A stretch of DNA of 64,000 nt, taken from assembly GCF_002571385.2 (NCBI RefSeq), contig NW_019217882.1, positions 564,891-628,890 of the forward strand, given 5' to 3'. The notes beneath the pieces were generated by a model, which had not been told where the DNA came from, searched no databases, and worked only from the letters and a program-made list of their open reading frames with translations. Below, piece by piece: positions 61,801 through 64,000 of the stretch. The stretch comes from Stylophora pistillata. Taxonomy: Eukaryota. Each line of letters begins with the position of its first letter. Position 1 is the first letter of the stretch. Both the position numbers and the translations under genes were made by a program.

Positions 61801-64000
61801 TGAAGAAGGGAAAGAGTGGACGACTCGCTAAGACAATCTTTTATTTTCTGAGAGTGGATAATAGAAATTCATGCACTGTTATTGTGACAGGCATGCCTGT
61901 TAATCTTGGCGACGGTGAAGGGATGCAATTGCCATGCAAACTTTTGTTTGAAGGAGAGAAGAAATACGTTAGTATTCTTGAAAGAGAGTTCACAAAGCTG
62001 AAAGACTAAACTTGGATTTTTCGTCAACTCTTTAGGCACATGGATTTTCATCACGTCGACATGTTAATAACTTTTATAAAGCACCGCACATACAGTAAAG
62101 GGATTAATGCACAGAGAACTGTTTTACACAATTATAAAGGGATTAACGAGCTGTGAAATGTTCGAAACTGTTATTACATAAATATATATTCTAATTTCCG
62201 ACAGCGTCTGTTCTTTTTCGTTCAGCTGGTAACTTAACTTCGAATTATCGGGATAAAATCCGACCTAAGGAAACAGAAATTACTTCGAATTAGCAGGGAT
62301 TTCGAATTATCCGAGGTAAAATGACTGAGTAAAGTGGGGCAAAACCAAGGGAAATGAAATTTTACTTCGAATTATCCGAGTTCAAATTATCGGGGTCGAA
62401 CTGTACACGCATTCCATGATGTGCTATTTCAAGACGTCTTGTTCCAAATGCTGGTTTTCGGTGTGGTTCTGTCCATCTTAGACGTCTATGTACCACTGTG
62501 AAACAATGATTAGCTTGAAGGGAAATAAACAAGCTCATAGCTTTCCTCGAGTCTCGTTAATACAAATTGGCTATCGTTTTACCTTTTAGGTTGGGCCAGA
62601 AACCAGGTCAAGAGAAATTCAGTGCCTCTGTAACCATCTCACGTCGTTTGCAGCTCAAGTGGTAGTAGAACCAAATTTCATTGAATTTGAAATAGCCTTG
62701 AAAGGATTTGTTGAGCTCACTGAGAACCATTTGGTTTTCAGTGTGGTTCTGTCCATCTTAGGCGTCTATATACTGCTGTTGATTTGGGCAAGGAGACGCG
62801 ATATTCGGAATAAAAAGAAGGTACATGATAACTTTGGCTTACTAATCCCAATCGCTAAGCGTTGTTCCTTTCCTTCGCTTTTTAGTATTCCTTCCCAATG
62901 GCTTTTTGTTTTTGGTTATTCTTTGCGTCGAGTTTTTATTTCAATTATAACCCTGACTATCTTCACCACCTGAGAACTTTCAAGTAAAAATTGCAGATTT
63001 TTGTCAATCTTAGTAGATGGCCGTTGATTAAGAAAATCGACTAAATGAACTGATGAAGTCGTATGTATTTTAATTGATTTAAGTGTCAACTTTTAATTTA
63101 CTTGTTTCTGCATGACTTTGATTCGTTTTACTAAGTATTCTAATTTTGAGAAACTCTATTGGAAGATATGATGTGATTTCTTGTAATTTTTTTTTTCTTT
63201 TTTTCAGGCGGAGACTATTCCTTTGGCCGATAACGACCTATCAGATCGCTACAAATACGAAATTCTGGTTTTAACCGGTATGAAGAAGGAAGCTGGAACC
63301 ACTGCCGACGTCTTTTGCAATTTAATTGGACTTGACGCTGAAAGTGGTCCACGCCAACTTAAAGACTCTAATCAAACACGTTTCCAGCGATCAGGAATGG
63401 ACTCTTTTCATCTTACTACTCCTGAACATTTGGGAGACCTAATTAAAGTAACGATTTGGCATAACAATTCTGGGTGCAGCCCATCGTGGTATCTAAAGCA
63501 AATAATAGTGCGTGATCTGAAGACCGATGGTGTGTTTGTTTTTATGTGCAATCGTTGGCTCGCCGTCGAATTTGACGATGGGGAAGTCCTTCGAACTTTA
63601 CTATCCGCAAAGCAAGATGAACTTAGATCTTTTAATCATTTGTTCCATAACGTTACGCAAAGTAATATCAAAGATAATCACTTATGGTTTTCTGTGTTTC
63701 TGAGACCGCAACTGAGCACCTTCACTACTGTTCAGCGCCTATCGTGTTGTTTGGCTCTTCTCTACTGCACCATGCTAACCAATGCTATGTTCTACCAACT
63801 TGGTGAGGAGTTAAACCCCTCGAATACACTTCAGCTAGGACCCATTACCCTCTCTCTGCAACAACTTTACATCGGAATGATTAGCGGCCTCATAATATTT
63901 CCGATAAATATTGCTATTGTAAGCATCTTTAGAAACATAGAACCAACAGTTTTAAAAGGAACGAAGGGAAAGACATCAAAAGGACAAAATACTAAAAGAA
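46762..64000 (+). CDS. Polycystin-1 family (PKD1-like/REJ) gene, 14 exons visible, incomplete at both ends
   Basis: GT-AG, phase-compatible exons 46762-46819, 48427-48719, 49071-49227, 50164-50274, 50817-51158, 51346-54013, 54760-55360, 55947-56285, 58447-58593, 59055-59243, 59649-59903, 60364-60933, 62590-62820, 63208->64000. Domains: F5/8C, PKD repeats, REJ, GPS (CLCNHLTSF), TM1, PLAT. Confidence 0.93.
48427..48719 (+). CDS. PKD1-like exon: F5/8 type C (discoidin) domain, first part
   Basis: SWCAAVEDQEQWLEVDL...AIGLQGR...WVEMFYVQYSTDGNKW; not in the ORF track. Confidence 0.88.
49071..49227 (+). CDS. PKD1-like exon: F5/8 type C domain, second part
   Basis: IFQGN...IFASYIRINPRTWNNSICLRTEIYGC. 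Confidence 0.9.
50164..50274 (+). CDS. PKD1-like exon: Pro/Thr-rich linker
   Basis: 111 nt, phase 1-1, DHPTSPPTTTPPPPTTSVEQ. Confidence 0.75.
50817..51158 (+). CDS. PKD1-like exon: PKD domain
   Basis: YRWEL...HVYNHPGAYTIHVTAYN; 342 nt, phase 1-1. Confidence 0.9.
51346..54013 (+). CDS. PKD1-like giant exon: tandem PKD repeats plus start of REJ
   Basis: 898-aa ORF with repeated (W/Y)DFG...H.Y...G.Y.V.V...N units, then SFHDPD...YYWYC (REJ). Confidence 0.93.
54760..55360 (+). CDS. PKD1-like exon: REJ domain
   Basis: VNEPPIPGNCSCIPSLG...TNFQVVCDSWIDPDKPLRYSF...VEDSLG. Confidence 0.92.
55947..56285 (+). CDS. PKD1-like exon: low-complexity stalk
   Basis: 339 nt, phase 0-0, open; TAG acceptor and ACA|GTAAGC donor. 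Confidence 0.8.
56561..57315 (+). mobile_element. Family X element, left-part copy (intronic)
   Basis: Starts TTTA|GGTTACTTCCTACCTTCGCG; collinear with 33390-34485. Confidence 0.85.
57412..57446 (+). ncRNA. Degenerate minimal type I hammerhead ribozyme motif
   Basis: GCT-CCGACGA-AGGGC TAAC GCTC-GAAA-CG-TC-AGC; CTGA core mutated to CCGA. Confidence 0.7.
57770..57928. repeat. Palindromic (hairpin) repeat
   Basis: TTTTGTTGTGTAGTATCGCTAAGTAT ... ATACTCAGCGATACTACACAACAAAA, arms of about 60 bp. Confidence 0.85.
58136..58303. repeat. Palindrome made of two inverted hammerhead-like motifs
   Basis: Plus: CTGATAA-AGACT...AGTT-GAAA-CG-TC (58225-58258). Minus: CCGATGA-AAACT...AGTC-AAAA-CA-TC. Centred on GATAAG-ATCAAC-CTTATC. 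Confidence 0.65.
58447..58593 (+). CDS. PKD1-like exon (GAIN-A region)
   Basis: 147 nt, phase 0-0, open; IIEKSISKLSLVAS...LTAR. Confidence 0.8.
59055..59243 (+). CDS. PKD1-like exon (GAIN-A region)
   Basis: 189 nt, phase 0-0; donor AAG|GTAAGG. Confidence 0.85.
59649..59903 (+). CDS. PKD1-like exon (GAIN region)
   Basis: 255 nt, phase 0-0; ILKSKTPGD...GKFTLP; donor CAG|GTATGC. Confidence 0.85.
60364..60933 (+). CDS. PKD1-like exon (GAIN-B, first half of GPS)
   Basis: DNPY...ITSSVVALEL...CLYWDNNIQGWNHDGC; donor AGG|GTGAGT. Confidence 0.92.
61296..62403 (+). mobile_element. Non-autonomous Tc1/mariner-pogo-type TIR element carrying a HIRAN-like ORF
   Basis: TIRs CAGTTGGACCCCGATAATTCGAA and TTCAAATTATCGGGGTCGAACTG (21 of 23 match); TA on both flanks (61294-61295, 62404-62405); multiple subterminal TTCGAATTATC repeats; no transposase. 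Confidence 0.9.
61617..62009 (+). CDS. Stand-alone HIRAN-like domain protein (130 aa) inside the TIR element
   Basis: IKAYHDY...W.P...E.L...RE.HNPVDKYAVCV...IVGHL matches the HIRAN signature L.REP.N.yD..AV.V...vG(h/y)l; ATG-to-stop with no disruptions. Confidence 0.72.
   Translation: MVCPRNDASLQINSYIKAYHDYQEIWKPKVNEKLSTRREAHNPVDKYAVCVLQDQETIVGHLKKGKSGRLAKTIFYFLRVDNRNSCTVIVTGMPVNLGDGEGMQLPCKLLFEGEKKYVSILEREFTKLKD
62590..62820 (+). CDS. PKD1-like exon: GPS cleavage motif plus TM1
   Basis: IQCLCNHL^TSFA...VEPNFIEF...ENHLVFSVVLSILGVYILLLIWARRRD. Confidence 0.95.
63208..64000 (+). CDS. PKD1-like exon: PLAT/LH2 domain plus TM2-TM3 (runs off the window)
   Basis: YKYEILVLTG...AGTTADV...FQRSGMDSF...LGDL...IWHNNSG.SPSWYL...FMCNRWLA...HLWFSV...FTTVQRLSCC...NAMFY. 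Confidence 0.95.

Overview
Eukaryotic, AT-rich, intron-containing animal DNA; the repeat families and gene content suggest an anthozoan, probably a stony coral (inference). The TTG/GTG-started short ORFs in the supplied track are mostly noise. Layout: (1) 1-14.6 kb is a nest of dead retroelements. A CRE-clade RT-RLE element is split by two APE-type LINEs (one carrying a 2A-like motif plus PHD finger), an R4/Dong-like RLE element sitting in a (TAA)n tail, a THAP/Kolobok-like end, two copies of a TG...CA solo LTR and tRNA-derived SINEs. (2) 14.9-31.7 kb is a tandemly duplicated class A GPCR cluster: two pseudogenes, one intact 366-aa receptor lacking the TM6 toggle Trp, and a Gypsy pol remnant. 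(3) 33.4-40.4 kb holds a tail-to-tail pair of a TIR repeat. It is interrupted by a 4.3-kb composite insert bounded by 13-bp direct repeats, whose ends form a circularly permuted tRNA-headed repeat. (4) 46.8-64 kb is a plus-strand polycystin-1 (PKD1-like) gene with 14 phase-compatible exons: signal peptide, F5/8 type C, PKD repeats, REJ, GAIN/GPS, TM1, PLAT, TM2-3, running off the window. Its introns hold degenerate hammerhead-ribozyme repeats and a 1.1-kb TA-flanked TIR element carrying only an intact HIRAN-like ORF. All calls are from reading the sequence by eye; no searches were run.
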